A stretch of DNA of 64,000 bases from Burkholderiales bacterium. Its GTDB lineage: Bacteria > Pseudomonadota > Gammaproteobacteria > Burkholderiales > Burkholderiaceae_D. Shown one piece after another: positions 36,318 through 49,715 of the stretch. The notes beneath the pieces are model-generated. The model ran no database searches. It saw only the letters and a program-made list of their open reading frames with translations, and had not been told where the DNA came from. The DNA is taken from contig JBBRQU010000016.1 of assembly GCA_038225855.1 (NCBI GenBank), positions 3,983-67,982 of the forward strand, read 5' to 3'. A program made the position numbers and the translations under genes. Within the stretch, counting starts at the first letter, position 1; every line of letters begins with the position of its first letter.

Positions 36318-36506
36318 CTGAACCTCGCGTGAAAGTTTCGAAAAGTGAGAGGGCGCCGCGGAATGGTCTGAACGTGCGCGAATCTACCGACACTCCAGGG
36401 CGCGCTCTACTGCCGAGGACTTTAGGCGCGTCGCAAGCGATGCTTTTTCAGCAGCGCCCTGAATGGCTTGTAGGACATGCTCAAAATTGTCGGGTCAGCG
36501 GTATCC

Positions 36507-38672
36507 TCATATGTCGAGTGGATCGATCTCGACATGCCATCGCGTTCTTGCGCGCATCGCATGCAGCGCGGCAAGCCACGCGTCGAGAAATGCGTGGAGT
36601 GCCGGACGTACCGATGACTCGACCAGCAACTGCGCACGCTCGACTCCTGCGACGCGCGCAATCGTCATCGGTACCGGGTCGTATAGCGTGACCTTGGTAG
36701 TCGAGCCGAGTTGCTCGCCGATGCATACGCCTTGCGCACGCGCCGCGTTCAGAAATGCCAATGCATCTTCGGCTGTCTTCGCCTCGGCACGAAGCACGGC
36801 CTGATGCGAGAACGGCGGAAGACCCGCGCGGCGACGTTCGTCGAGCAGGCTCGCCGCGAAGCGCGTGAAGTCGTGTTCGACCAAAGCGCCGAACAGCGGA
36901 TGCTCGGGTGCGCGCGTTTGAATCAATACCTCCGCTTCGCCGCTACGCGCACCACCGCGCCCCGCGCGGCCCGCGACTTGCATAAGGTTCGAGAACAGGC
37001 GCTCGCTCGCGCGAAAGTCGTGCGAGTAGAGCGCGCTGTCGGCGTCGAGCACGCACACCAGGGTCACGTTGCGAAAGTCGTGACCTTTCGCGAGCATCTG
37101 CGTACCCACGAGTATGTCGAGGTCGCCCAGATGTACCGCGTCGAGGAGGCCGGCCGCGGCGCCTTTTCTTCGCGTGCTGTCGCGATCGATGCGCGCGATG
37201 CGCGCAGACGGAAACAGGCTGCGCAGACTTTCTTCCACGCGTTGAGTGCCGCGCCCGATCGCGGCGAGGTCGGTGTTGCCGCAGGACGGGCACGCGCGGG
37301 GCACTCTTTGCTGCCATCCGCAGTGATGGCAATGCAGGCGGCGATCGGCCTGGTGGAACACTGCGTGGACGCTGCAACGCGGACAGTCGCTCAGCCATCC
37401 GCATGCGCCGCATGCGAGTACCGGCGCGTAACCGCGTCGATTGTGAAAGACCAGCACGGGCTCACGTCGCGCGACCCGATCGGCGATGGCGTCGCGCACG
37501 GCATCGGTCAAACCGTGCTGCGTCTTCGCACGCAAGAGGGGCACGAGGCGGATCGTCGGCAAGCTCGCATCGGACGAGGCGCGCTCGCTGAGAACGACCT
37601 TGCGATAGCGGCCGCGCTCGGCGCGCACCCAAGTCTCCATCGATGGCGTCGCGGACGCGAGCACGACGGGAATCGACTGCCCCTCGTGGCCCCGTCTTTC
37701 GCGTCCCTCTCCCTCACGCCCCGTTCTCTCGCGTCCTTGGTGCGCGCGCACGATCGCGAGGTCGCGCGCTGAATAGCGCAGCCCTTCCTGCTGCTTGTAC
37801 GACGCATCGTGTTCTTCATCGACGACGATGAGGCCGAGCCGAGGCAGCGAAGCCATCACGGCGAGCCGAGTACCCAGCAAGACGTCGACCTTCCCTTCGT
37901 GAGCCAGCCACCATTGAAGCAAGCGCCGACCCTCTGCATGACCGCTGTGCAGGCTCGCGACGCGGGCGTGCGGCAGCCGTTGCCGGAAGGTCTCTTCCAG
38001 TTGCGGCGTGAGATTGATTTCGGGTACCAGCACGAGCGCCTGCAGTCCGGCGGCAATCGTTTCGCCGATGGCGCGTAGATAGACTTCCGTCTTGCCGCTA
38101 CCCGTCACGCCATACAACAGGATTGGGAGGGGAAGCGTCGCGGCGGTTCGCGCTCCCAGAACCACGGCCAGCGCATGGCTCTGCATCGCGTTCAACGAGA
38201 GCGGGTCGGCGACGCCACGGATCGGAGTGGTTTCTTGGTCGGCGGCAGTCTCGCGCTCGCCGCGTTTGATCGCTCGGTCGATCGAAGGAAGATGCGCAAC
38301 CCGCGTTCCGTCGGCAGAAGGTGGTGACAAGGTGTAGCGATCGGGCCGCCTCAAGAGCGCGGGAAGCGACGGCAGCGCGACCTCTCCGAGCGACCGGTGA
38401 TAGTAACGCGCGGCGAATCGGACAAACGTCAACCACTCCGACGACAACGGCGCGAGTCCTGCGACGGTCGCGGTGGCATCGCGCAGACGTTGCGGCTCGA
38501 TGGTCGCAGCGTCCGTTATTTCGGCGACGAGACCCACGAGCATTCTCGATCCGAACGGAGCGAGGACCAGTTGTCCGACCTCGGCTGGGCCTGCCCAGCG
38601 GTAGTCGTACAAGCCGTCTCCGATTACGGCGGCGGCAGGTGTATCGAGCGCAATACGGAGGATGCTGAGCAT
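36507..38672 (-). CDS. priA: primosomal protein N' (replication restart helicase PriA)
   Basis: GVTGSGKTEVYL Walker A, VVDEEHD, Cys-rich zinc region CGACGWLSDCPRCSVHAVFH...LHCHHCG...CPSCGN. 721 aa. Confidence 0.92.
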   Translation of the reverse strand: MLSILRIALDTPAAAVIGDGLYDYRWAGPAEVGQLVLAPFGSRMLVGLVAEITDAATIEPQRLRDATATVAGLAPLSSEWLTFVRFAARYYHRSLGEVALPSLPALLRRPDRYTLSPPSADGTRVAHLPSIDRAIKRGERETAADQETTPIRGVADPLSLNAMQSHALAVVLGARTAATLPLPILLYGVTGSGKTEVYLRAIGETIAAGLQALVLVPEINLTPQLEETFRQRLPHARVASLHSGHAEGRRLLQWWLAHEGKVDVLLGTRLAVMASLPRLGLIVVDEEHDASYKQQEGLRYSARDLAIVRAHQGRERTGREGEGRERRGHEGQSIPVVLASATPSMETWVRAERGRYRKVVLSERASSDASLPTIRLVPLLRAKTQHGLTDAVRDAIADRVARREPVLVFHNRRGYAPVLACGACGWLSDCPRCSVHAVFHQADRRLHCHHCGWQQRVPRACPSCGNTDLAAIGRGTQRVEESLRSLFPSARIARIDRDSTRRKGAAAGLLDAVHLGDLDILVGTQMLAKGHDFRNVTLVCVLDADSALYSHDFRASERLFSNLMQVAGRAGRGGARSGEAEVLIQTRAPEHPLFGALVEHDFTRFAASLLDERRRAGLPPFSHQAVLRAEAKTAEDALAFLNAARAQGVCIGEQLGSTTKVTLYDPVPMTIARVAGVERAQLLVESSVRPALHAFLDAWLAALHAMRARTRWHVEIDPLDI

Positions 38673-39020
38673 CGGAACGCTGTTCGCCTCAACGTTCGAG
38701 ATCGCAGAAATTTGGCAGGAATATGCAGTAAGTAATTGTGACTACGACGCTTTTTTGGTTTGCACAGATATTGTGGACAACTTTGTGAAGAACGGTGCTG
38801 CGGCGCGGCTAACTGTCGGAGTCCAAAGGCTTTTTGTCAAAATGCCGAAACATTAGGCAGTCGCGATTTTATTTAGAATCATATACTTGGAGAGACGAAG
38901 TAGCACAAAAACAATGGGGCTGCCCCCTTTCGCCCGGCACACGATTTTTGTGTATAAGTCAAGCGAAGCGGCAGCGATTTCGCCGCAGATGTACAGATCC
39001 TGGCCCCGCAGTCGCGACGG

Positions 39021-40124
39021 TTAGTGCTCGCTCGCTGCGACGCTTCGTTGGCGACTCATTTCGTGAACCGCTTCGACCAGGGTTTCCACTGCGTCGGGGC
39101 GCGTGAACTGCGAGATGCCGTGGCCGAGATTGAAGACGTGTCCGCGCGACTGGGGACTGTCGAAGCCGTCGAGAACATCGGCCACTTGCTCACAGATCGC
39201 TTGGTCTTCCCCGAAAAGCACGGCCGGGTCGAGGTTACCTTGCAGGGCGCAAGCATCGCCCAGCTGCGCGCGTGCGACGCGTGGGGCTATGGTCCAATCC
39301 AATCCGATCGCATCGACGCCGGTGTTCGCGATATCGGAAAGCCAGAGACCCCCGCCTTTGGTGAAGATAATGCTGGGCACGCGCATGCCCGCATGCGTCC
39401 GCGGCAGCCGGTCGATGATCTTCTTCATGGGCGCGAGCGACCAATCCCGATAGGCGTCGTGGGCGAGGACTCCGCCCCAGGTATCGAAGATCATTACGGC
39501 CTGCGCACCGGCTTCGATTTGGGCGCACAGGTAGGCGATGATCGATTGTGTATTGACCTCGAGGATGCGCGCGAGCAAGTCGGGACGACGGTAGAGCATC
39601 GTCTTGATCTTCAGGAAGTCGCGTGACGAGCCGCCTTCGACCATGTAGCACGCGAGAGTCCAGGGGCTTCCCGAGAACCCGATCAGCGGTACGCGTTGCA
39701 CGCCTTCGGCGTCGGTCAGCGCGCGCCGAATCTGCGCGACGGCGTCGTACACGTATTGCAGACTCCCGTGTGGGGGGACGCGCAGTTTCGCCACATCGCC
39801 TTCGTTTTCGAGCGGGCATGCGAAATGGGGCCCTTCGCCTTCGAGAAACTGAAGGCCCAGACCCATCGCGTCGGGGATCGTCAGAATGTCGGAGAAGAGA
39901 ATCGCCGCATCGAGGTCGTAGCGATCCAGCGGCTGCAACGTGACCTCGGTCGCGTAGTCGGGTGTCTTCGCGAGATTGAGAAACGATCCGGCTTTCTTGC
40001 GGGTCGCGAGGTATTCGGGCAGATAGCGGCCGGCCTGTCGCATCAACCACACCGGCGTGTATGGCGTAGGCTCGCGCAGGAGAGCGCGAAGAAGGGTGTC
40101 GTTGGCGAGGCGCGTGGTGAGCAT
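39021..40124 (-). CDS. hemE: uroporphyrinogen decarboxylase
   Basis: Start at the internal ATG 40124 ([38 protein letters not shown]). [12 protein letters not shown] and GHGISQ are also present. Confidence 0.93.
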   Translation of the reverse strand: MLTTRLANDTLLRALLREPTPYTPVWLMRQAGRYLPEYLATRKKAGSFLNLAKTPDYATEVTLQPLDRYDLDAAILFSDILTIPDAMGLGLQFLEGEGPHFACPLENEGDVAKLRVPPHGSLQYVYDAVAQIRRALTDAEGVQRVPLIGFSGSPWTLACYMVEGGSSRDFLKIKTMLYRRPDLLARILEVNTQSIIAYLCAQIEAGAQAVMIFDTWGGVLAHDAYRDWSLAPMKKIIDRLPRTHAGMRVPSIIFTKGGGLWLSDIANTGVDAIGLDWTIAPRVARAQLGDACALQGNLDPAVLFGEDQAICEQVADVLDGFDSPQSRGHVFNLGHGISQFTRPDAVETLVEAVHEMSRQRSVAASEH

Positions 40125-40207
40125 GAAGGGTTCCGGCAAGGTCGTGCATTCTACCGATGCGATGCAGGCATCCTTGACGAAAGAAGGATCACACCCAACT
40201 GCTACCG

Positions 40208-40774
40208 ATGGCAAAACTCTACTTTCGCTACTCCGCAATGAATGCGGGCAAGTCGACGGCGCTGCTTCAGGTCGCCCACAACTATGAGGAACGAGGGCAG
40301 CGCGTGGCGCTGTTCACTGCGGCGATCGACACGCGACACGGCGCGGGATTGATCGCGTCGCGCCTGGGCGTCACGCGCTCCGCGGAATCGTTCGATACGA
40401 CCACCGTGTTCTCCAGGCTCTTGCGCTCGCGGCCGCCGACTTCTTGCGTGCTGATCGATGAAGCGCAATTTCTGAGCGAAGAGCAGGTGATCGACCTGCA
40501 CCGCTTCGCACACAGCGATCGTGTGCCGGTTATTTGCTACGGCATCCGTAGCGACTTTCAGGGCCGTGCGTTTCCGGGTTCACGCGCGCTCCTGACCTTG
40601 GCCGACGATCTCGAAGAGATGAAGACCGTGTGCCTGTGCGGGCGCAAAGCGAGCTTCAACATGCGCGTCGACGACGAAGGCCGGCGGGTCACCGAAGGCG
40701 CGCAGGTCGAGATCGGCGGCAACGAACGCTACGAAGCGGTATGTCCGATGCGGTTTTATACCGGAGCCTGCTGA
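40208..40774 (+). CDS. tdk: thymidine kinase
   Basis: [18 protein letters not shown]-loop, LIDEAQFL, C-terminal zinc Cys (CLCGRKA...AVCPMRF). 188 aa. Confidence 0.9.
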   Translation: MAKLYFRYSAMNAGKSTALLQVAHNYEERGQRVALFTAAIDTRHGAGLIASRLGVTRSAESFDTTTVFSRLLRSRPPTSCVLIDEAQFLSEEQVIDLHRFAHSDRVPVICYGIRSDFQGRAFPGSRALLTLADDLEEMKTVCLCGRKASFNMRVDDEGRRVTEGAQVEIGGNERYEAVCPMRFYTGAC

Positions 40775-40813
40775 ACTCGTTGCATGCGGAATTCCATCCG
40801 CGGCGGCCGCAAT

Positions 40814-41236
40814 CTATCGCTTGTGCCGCAGCTTCTGAATCGCGGCGAGCTGAGCGGCCATAATCACGAGTTCGGATTGGGCGCGCGCGAGATCGAGGTC
40901 GCTCTTCGCATTGGCCATCGCTTCCTCCGCGCTGCGCTTGGCCTCGGCTGCCTTGCTTTCGTCGAGGTCCTCGCCGCGGATCGCGGTGTCGGCAAGCACC
41001 GTGACGAGGTGTGGCTGCACTTCCAGAATGCCACCGGCAACGAACACGAATTCGTCTTCGGCCTGCCCCGCGATCTTGATGCGTACCGCGCCCGGTCTGA
41101 TTCGCGTGATCAGCGGCGCGTGTCGGGGATAGATGCCGAGCTCGCCCGCTTCGCCGGGCAAAGCCACGAATTCGGCCTCGCCGGAGAAGATCGATTCTTC
41201 TGCGGAGACGACGTCGACGTGAATGGTGTTGGCCAT
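40814..41236 (-). CDS. atpC: F1 ATP synthase epsilon subunit
   Basis: [45 protein letters not shown] 41236 lies 2 nt after the atpD stop. The track start TTG 41242 is less likely. Confidence 0.9.
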   Translation of the reverse strand: MANTIHVDVVSAEESIFSGEAEFVALPGEAGELGIYPRHAPLITRIRPGAVRIKIAGQAEDEFVFVAGGILEVQPHLVTVLADTAIRGEDLDESKAAEAKRSAEEAMANAKSDLDLARAQSELVIMAAQLAAIQKLRHKR

Positions 41237-41238
41237 GA

Positions 41239-42708
<1,470 letters not shown>

Positions 42709-42737
42709 TCAGTATTCGAATTCATCAATGACGCGAA

Positions 42738-43616
42738 TCAAACAGCCGCGGCGCCCGCGACAATCTCGCTCAATTCCTTGGTGATCGCGGCCTGGCGCGT
42801 CTTGTTGTAGACGAGCTTCAACTCGCCGATCACGCTGCCCGCGTTGTCGGTCGCGGCCTTCATCGCCACCATGCGCGCCGATTGCTCGGAGGCCATGTTT
42901 TCCGAGACGGCCTGATAAACGAGCGCCTCGACATAGCGGACCATCAGGTACTCGATCACGCTTTGCGCATCGGGCTCGTACAGATAGTCCCAGGCGTAGG
43001 CCTTCTTCTCTTCTTCGGTCTGCTGCATGCGTTCGGCCGACAGCGGCAACAACTGCTCGACCAGCGGCTCCTGCTTCATGGTGTTGATGAAGCGCGTATA
43101 GCAGAGGTATACAGCCTTCAGCTTGCCGTCGGCATAGGCGTCGAGCAAGACCTTCACGGGACCGATCAGTTTTTCCAGATGCGGAGCGTCGCCCAGATGC
43201 ACGGCGTTGGCGAGCACCTTCGCGCCGATGCGCGACAGAAAGCCGAGCCCCTTGTTGCCGATCGCGACCGCTTGAGACTCGACGCCCTGTCCATGCAGTT
43301 CGCGAATGCGCGCGGTCACCGCACGCAGTACGTTGGTGTTGAGCCCACCGCACAAACCCTTGTCGGTCGTGACCACTATGAAGCCGACCGCCTTCGCCTC
43401 GTCGTGCGCGATCATGAACGGATGCGTGAACTCGGGATTGGCCTGGGCCAGATGCGCGGCGATGTTGCGCACCTTGTCGGCGTAGGGACGCGCGCGGCGC
43501 ATGCGGTCCTGCGCCTTGCGCATCTTCGACGCGGCGACCATCTCCATCGCCTTCGTGATCTTCTTGGTGTTCTCGACGCTCTTGATCTTGCCGCGTATTT
43601 CTTTTCCGGCTGCCAT
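42738..43616 (-). CDS. atpG: F1 ATP synthase gamma subunit
   Basis: [36 protein letters not shown]...[15 protein letters not shown]. Confidence 0.95.
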   Translation of the reverse strand: MAAGKEIRGKIKSVENTKKITKAMEMVAASKMRKAQDRMRRARPYADKVRNIAAHLAQANPEFTHPFMIAHDEAKAVGFIVVTTDKGLCGGLNTNVLRAVTARIRELHGQGVESQAVAIGNKGLGFLSRIGAKVLANAVHLGDAPHLEKLIGPVKVLLDAYADGKLKAVYLCYTRFINTMKQEPLVEQLLPLSAERMQQTEEEKKAYAWDYLYEPDAQSVIEYLMVRYVEALVYQAVSENMASEQSARMVAMKAATDNAGSVIGELKLVYNKTRQAAITKELSEIVAGAAAV

Positions 43617-43678
43617 CGATCGTCCTTAACTCAAAGACGAGACTACGCAACGCGCAGTCTCGGGTCGTGAATTCGGGT

Positions 43679-45235
43679 TCAGTAGGAACCCGACTTTTTG
43701 AACTCGGTGATGACATCCATCAGTTCCTTCTCCGAGTCCTTGTCGAGTTGCTTGGTCGATTCGATCTTCTCGAGCAGCGCGGCGTTCTTGGCCTTCAGCG
43801 ATTTGTGCAGGCCCGATTCGAACGCGAGCACCTGCTTGACTTCGATGTCGTCGATGAAACCCTTGTTGACCGCGAACAGCGAGACGGCCATCAGCGACAC
43901 CGGCAACGGCGCGTACTGCGGCTGCTTCAAGAGCTCGGTGACGCGTGCGCCGCGATCGAGCTGCTTGCGAGTGGCTTCGTCGAGGTCGGACGCGAACTGC
44001 GCGAATGCGGCGAGCTCACGATACTGCGCGAGGTCGGTGCGGATGCCGCCCGACAATCCCTTGATGACCTTGGTCTGCGCGGCGCCGCCGACTCGCGACA
44101 CCGAGATACCCGCGTTGATCGCGGGGCGGATGCCGGCGTTGAAGAGGTTGGTCTCGAGAAAGATCTGTCCGTCCGTGATCGAGATCACGTTGGTCGGCAC
44201 GAATGCGGATACGTCACCGGCTTGCGTCTCGATGATCGGCAACGCCGTCAACGAACCCGTCTTGCCCTTGACCTCGCCCTTGGTGAACGCTTCGACATAC
44301 GCGACGTTCACGCGCGCCGCGCGCTCGAGCAGACGCGAGTGAAGATAGAACACGTCGCCCGGATAAGCTTCGCGGCCCGGCGGGCGACGCAGCAGCAGCG
44401 ACACCTGACGATAGGCCACGGCCTGCTTGGACAGATCGTCATAGATGATCAAAGCATCCTGGCCACGATCACGGAAGTACTCGCCCATCGTGCAGCCCGA
44501 ATAGGCCGACACGTATTGCATCGCCGCCGATTCCGATGCGCTTGCCGCGACGACGATGGTGTACTCCATCGCCCCGTGCTGCTCGAGTGCGCGCACCACG
44601 TTCTTGATCGACGACGCCTTCTGCCCGATCGCGACGTACACGCAGACGCAATCCTGGCCCTTCTGATTGATGATCGTGTCGATCGCGACCGCGGTCTTGC
44701 CGGTCTGACGGTCGCCAATGATCAGTTCGCGCTGACCGCGACCGATCGGCACCATCGAGTCGATCGCCTTCAGTCCCGTCTGCATCGGCTGCGAAACCGA
44801 CTGCCTGGCGATCACGCCGGGCGCGACCTTTTCGATCACGTCGGTCATCTTGGCGTTGATCGGGCCCTTGCCGTCGATCGGTGCGCCGAGCGCATTGACG
44901 ACGCGACCGATCAACTCGGGGCCGACCGGCACTTCGAGAATGCGACCCGTGGTCTTGACGGTCTCGCCTTCGGAGATGTGCTCGTACTCACCCAGGATCA
45001 CTGAGCCGACCGAGTCGCGCTCGAGGTTGAGCGCGAGTCCGTAGGTCGGGTTGCCTTGCGAGTCCGGCGAGAACTCGAGCATCTCGCCCTGCATGGCGTC
45101 GGACAGGCCGTGGATGCGGACGATGCCGTCGGTCACCGACACCACCGTGCCCTGATTGCGCACTTCGGTCGATGCGCCCAGACCTTCGATGCGGCTCTTG
45201 ATGAGCTCGCTGATTTCGGACGGATTCAGATGCAT
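43679..45235 (-). CDS. atpA: F1 ATP synthase alpha subunit
   Basis: Start at ATG 45235 ([18 protein letters not shown]). [15 protein letters not shown] Walker [43 protein letters not shown]. Confidence 0.97.
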   Translation of the reverse strand: MHLNPSEISELIKSRIEGLGASTEVRNQGTVVSVTDGIVRIHGLSDAMQGEMLEFSPDSQGNPTYGLALNLERDSVGSVILGEYEHISEGETVKTTGRILEVPVGPELIGRVVNALGAPIDGKGPINAKMTDVIEKVAPGVIARQSVSQPMQTGLKAIDSMVPIGRGQRELIIGDRQTGKTAVAIDTIINQKGQDCVCVYVAIGQKASSIKNVVRALEQHGAMEYTIVVAASASESAAMQYVSAYSGCTMGEYFRDRGQDALIIYDDLSKQAVAYRQVSLLLRRPPGREAYPGDVFYLHSRLLERAARVNVAYVEAFTKGEVKGKTGSLTALPIIETQAGDVSAFVPTNVISITDGQIFLETNLFNAGIRPAINAGISVSRVGGAAQTKVIKGLSGGIRTDLAQYRELAAFAQFASDLDEATRKQLDRGARVTELLKQPQYAPLPVSLMAVSLFAVNKGFIDDIEVKQVLAFESGLHKSLKAKNAALLEKIESTKQLDKDSEKELMDVITEFKKSGSY

Positions 45236-45303
45236 GAACAGGGCTCCAGAAAACACATGTACGCGGTTCGCGCAGCGAACCGCGGTGAAAAGAGGGGAAG
45301 CTC

Positions 45304-45849
45304 TTACGTTATCAACGCTGCCTTCATCGCATCGAGCCGCGAACGAACTGAGGTGTCGAGGACGCGATCGCCCACGACCACACGCACACCGCCGATCAGA
45401 CTGCTATCGACTTCGACGACCGGCTTCAACTTGATCTCGAACTTCTTCTCGAGTGCCGCGACGAGATCGGACACCTCGCGCTCGTCCATCGCGAACGCGC
45501 TCGTGATCTGCGCTTCGGCGCTGCCTTGCTTCGCATCGACCAGCTTCGCGAACTGCGCGCCGATTTCCGGCATGACCGACAGACGATGGTTGTCGATCAA
45601 GGTTCGCACGAAGTTCTGCGCAAACGTGCTCGGCTCGGAACTGACCGCGCCCATGAAGACGCCATACACCTGGCCACCCGAAACGCGCGGATCGCTCATC
45701 ACGCGACGCATGTCGGGATCGGCGGCGACTGCGCTCATGTTGGCGACGAGTGACGACCATTTCGTGAGCGCGTCAGTACCACGATCCTCGGTAGCGACAC
45801 GAAACAGGGCTTCGGCGTATGGACGCGCGATAGTGGAGATTTCGGCCAT
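45304..45849 (-). CDS. atpH: F1 ATP synthase delta subunit
   Basis: [19 protein letters not shown]...[22 protein letters not shown]. Position between atpF and atpA. Confidence 0.9.
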   Translation of the reverse strand: MAEISTIARPYAEALFRVATEDRGTDALTKWSSLVANMSAVAADPDMRRVMSDPRVSGGQVYGVFMGAVSSEPSTFAQNFVRTLIDNHRLSVMPEIGAQFAKLVDAKQGSAEAQITSAFAMDEREVSDLVAALEKKFEIKLKPVVEVDSSLIGGVRVVVGDRVLDTSVRSRLDAMKAALIT

Positions 45850-45894
45850 GAAGGTTGATGACTGCGGTTGGTCGCTGCGGATTAAAGTTGCCGA

Positions 45895-46365
45895 TTAAAG
45901 CTGCGTCTTCAATTCGGCCAACAAAGCCGAGTGGCGAGCAGGATCGATTTCCTTCTTCAGGATCTGCTCGGCACCCTTGACCGCCAGCGCCGCGACTTGT
46001 TCGCGCAGGACATCGCGTGCGCGTTGCATTTCCTGATCGGCTTCCGCTTTGGCTTCGGCAAGGATGCGGGCCTTCTCGGCCTCGGCGACGTCGCGTGCTT
46101 CGGCGATGACGAGAGCCCCCTGCTTGTCGGCTTCGGCCAGACGCATCTGGTTGTCATTGCGCGACTGCGCGAGTTCGGCGTCGACGCGCTTGTGCGCCTC
46201 GCTCAGTTCCAGCTTGGCCTTGTCGGCCGCCGCCAGACCTTCGGCGATTTTTTTCGCGCGCTGGTCGAGTGCGCCGGCGATTGGCGGCCACACGAATTTC
46301 ATCGTGAACCCGACCAGGATCAGGAACACGATCATCTGAATGATGAAGGTCGCTGTGATGCTCAC
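45895..46365 (-). CDS. atpF: Fo ATP synthase subunit b
   Basis: One N-terminal TM, then a long charged helix ([21 protein letters not shown]...). Operon position fits. Confidence 0.9.
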   Translation of the reverse strand: MSITATFIIQMIVFLILVGFTMKFVWPPIAGALDQRAKKIAEGLAAADKAKLELSEAHKRVDAELAQSRNDNQMRLAEADKQGALVIAEARDVAEAEKARILAEAKAEADQEMQRARDVLREQVAALAVKGAEQILKKEIDPARHSALLAELKTQL

Positions 46366-46442
46366 TTTATTACCTCGATCACGTAACGTGGACGGTCGGC
46401 ATGCGAGATGCAGGCAGGCGGCTTGCGCTATTTACCGACTGG

Positions 46443-47637
<1,195 letters not shown>

Positions 47638-47699
47638 ACCTATTCCGGTCGGAATTATCGAAAAGCGCAGTGTGGTGGAGTGCCGGTGTGAACTTCGTA

Positions 47700-48044
47700 T
47701 TAACGGCGAACGAACACAAACATCAGAAAATAACTTTTCAAGGCGACGATCACTCCGATGATCAGCGCCAGCCAGTTCAGCCCGCGATAATTGTGCGCGA
47801 CCAGTACCAGCAACGCGACTGTCGTCACGACCTTGACGAACTCGCCGGCGAAAAATCCCCAGGCCGTTGCGCCACCGGGTCGACGCGCTTCAATGTGAAG
47901 ACGCGCCGCAAACAACGCATTGGGTACACCGCAGGCCATTCCTCCCAGCACCGCGGAAAGTGCGGCGTCGGCGCCGCCCCATATCGCCGCCAGCCCTGCA
48001 ACTACAAGAGTCGCGATGAGCTGGAAGAGGACCGCTATCGCCAT
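47700..48044 (-). CDS. atpI: ATP synthase protein I
   Basis: 114-aa hydrophobic protein at the head of the atp operon. Confidence 0.75.
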   Translation of the reverse strand: MAIAVLFQLIATLVVAGLAAIWGGADAALSAVLGGMACGVPNALFAARLHIEARRPGGATAWGFFAGEFVKVVTTVALLVLVAHNYRGLNWLALIIGVIVALKSYFLMFVFVRR

Positions 48045-48305
48045 TGCGCTTTATGATCAAATTCGCGGTTCGCTCGCAGGCATAAAGCGACCGCACGGTT
48101 CGACAGACGCAAAGCCGCGAGATGATACTTTCTTATACGGCGGCGCGTCAAACGGTGTGCCTCGCGGTGGCGTCCATGCCCCGACTTCCTCACCTGTCTG
48201 AAAGAAAGCCTCGGTCGCCGTCGGGAATGGTCCGATGGTGAGGCGCTCCATTCCACGCTAGGCTTCGCTTCCTCGCTTGATCCTCAAGCGTCCACTCTTA
48301 TCTAC

Positions 48306-49688
48306 ATGGCCTCCCCCCGTCCAGGCATTGCCGAAAGCGTTACGATTCATTGGCCGGAACCCGCGCACTTGCGCCTTGATAACGAACAGAACGCGCCTCA
48401 ACGCTGCGAGATTCTGTTTAACGACGGCACGCTCGAGCATGGTGAATTGCTGCGCTTCACGGGTCGCGATGAGCATCTCGTGTTTCGACCGCATGCGGAA
48501 CATTCACGCTATCCATCGAAGATCGTTGTGAGGACATCGCGCTTCAAACGTCTTCGCTTGACAACTCCGGTGGCCTCGCGGCCGATTGAAACCCATGCCC
48601 CCGGGCAAGAGGAATCCGCGTTCTCCACTTCTCAGATTCAGGTCTACAACGTCGAGTTTGCCGACGGAGAAATCGAGTCGGGCGAAACGGTCGGCTTCGT
48701 TCGTAATCCGATCGGGCTGTTCCTCTTTTTCAGGCAGCCGGGCGATCGTCTAGAACGGGTCTTCATCCCCGCAGCGGCGATTGCCTATTTTCAGGTGGGC
48801 GATCCGATCGGCCGCTTGCTCGTCGAAGAGAACGCGGTCAGCGAAGAACAGCTCAAGGCCGCAGTCGAGAAGCAGCAACAGATGCGCAAGCTGGTGCTGG
48901 GCGATTACCTGATCGAGGAGGGATTGATCACTGCGCGTCAACTCGATGAAGCGCTCGCCCACCAGCGCACCAGACCCAGCTTGCGGCTAGGCGAGGCGCT
49001 GATCGAACTCGGCGCGGTGCAGCCCGATGCATTACAAATCGTCCTCGCGCGCCAGCGCGCCAATCGTGGACGGCCGCTGGGACAGATTCTCGTGGACATG
49101 GGCGTTCTGGATCCCGACACGCTCAACAAGATCCACGCGAAGAAAATGGGCCGGCCTTTCGTGTCGCTGGCCAACTTCACGCCCTCGGAAGCGGCGGTTC
49201 GAGCGATTTCCGCAAGCGCCGCGCGGCGCCTCGGGATCGTTCCGTTGTCGATCGAACACGGAGATCTGATCGTAGCGGCACAAAGCCAATTGGACTCGGC
49301 GGCCCTCAACGAGCTGATGCTGTCTTCGCGCATGCGCATCGTGCCTGTCATGGCGCAGGGCCAGGAAATCCAGGCGCGGCAGAACGAGGTCTATGGAGAC
49401 GCGCCCGACGCCAAGAAACTTTCCGATCCGTCCGATGTGCACTTCCAAGGCATCGAGCTGAGCGAGGGTCGGCCGCCGATCGACGACGATGCATTGTGGT
49501 CAAACGAAGGCGTGGACTTCCGCGAAAGCGACCCGAGCGCGAACGACCCGCAGGTGATCGAAACCGTTCATCGCGCATTGCGCGCCGTAGAGCACGGCGG
49601 CACGATCGAAATTCAGGTTCAGGCAAAAGACGGAATGCGCACGACCCGCATCCGATTGCTCGCGGCAAATAGTCAGGGCGCTGCCTGA
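48306..49688 (+). CDS. ATPase-less protein with four tandem MshEN/T2SSE_N-type motifs (candidate c-di-GMP receptor)
   Basis: 460 aa. Residues 167-280 hold four 24-aa RLGxxLLxxGLLxxxxLxxxLxxQ-like motifs at a 30-aa period. A GspE/PilB-N-like segment follows (MGRPFVSLANF...GIVPLSIEHGDLIVAAQ). No Walker A. Details are in findings. Confidence 0.6.
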   Translation: MASPRPGIAESVTIHWPEPAHLRLDNEQNAPQRCEILFNDGTLEHGELLRFTGRDEHLVFRPHAEHSRYPSKIVVRTSRFKRLRLTTPVASRPIETHAPGQEESAFSTSQIQVYNVEFADGEIESGETVGFVRNPIGLFLFFRQPGDRLERVFIPAAAIAYFQVGDPIGRLLVEENAVSEEQLKAAVEKQQQMRKLVLGDYLIEEGLITARQLDEALAHQRTRPSLRLGEALIELGAVQPDALQIVLARQRANRGRPLGQILVDMGVLDPDTLNKIHAKKMGRPFVSLANFTPSEAAVRAISASAARRLGIVPLSIEHGDLIVAAQSQLDSAALNELMLSSRMRIVPVMAQGQEIQARQNEVYGDAPDAKKLSDPSDVHFQGIELSEGRPPIDDDALWSNEGVDFRESDPSANDPQVIETVHRALRAVEHGGTIEIQVQAKDGMRTTRIRLLAANSQGAA

Positions 49689-49715
49689 AGAGACCTTCGG
49701 GCAAGGACGGCAGAA

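Noticed and set aside
40775-40813. Possible terminator between convergent tdk and atpC (GCGGA-ATTCCA-TCCGC and the GCGGCCGC palindrome)
   Set aside because: The stem is only 5 bp and has no flanking T/A tracts. It is too weak to annotate.
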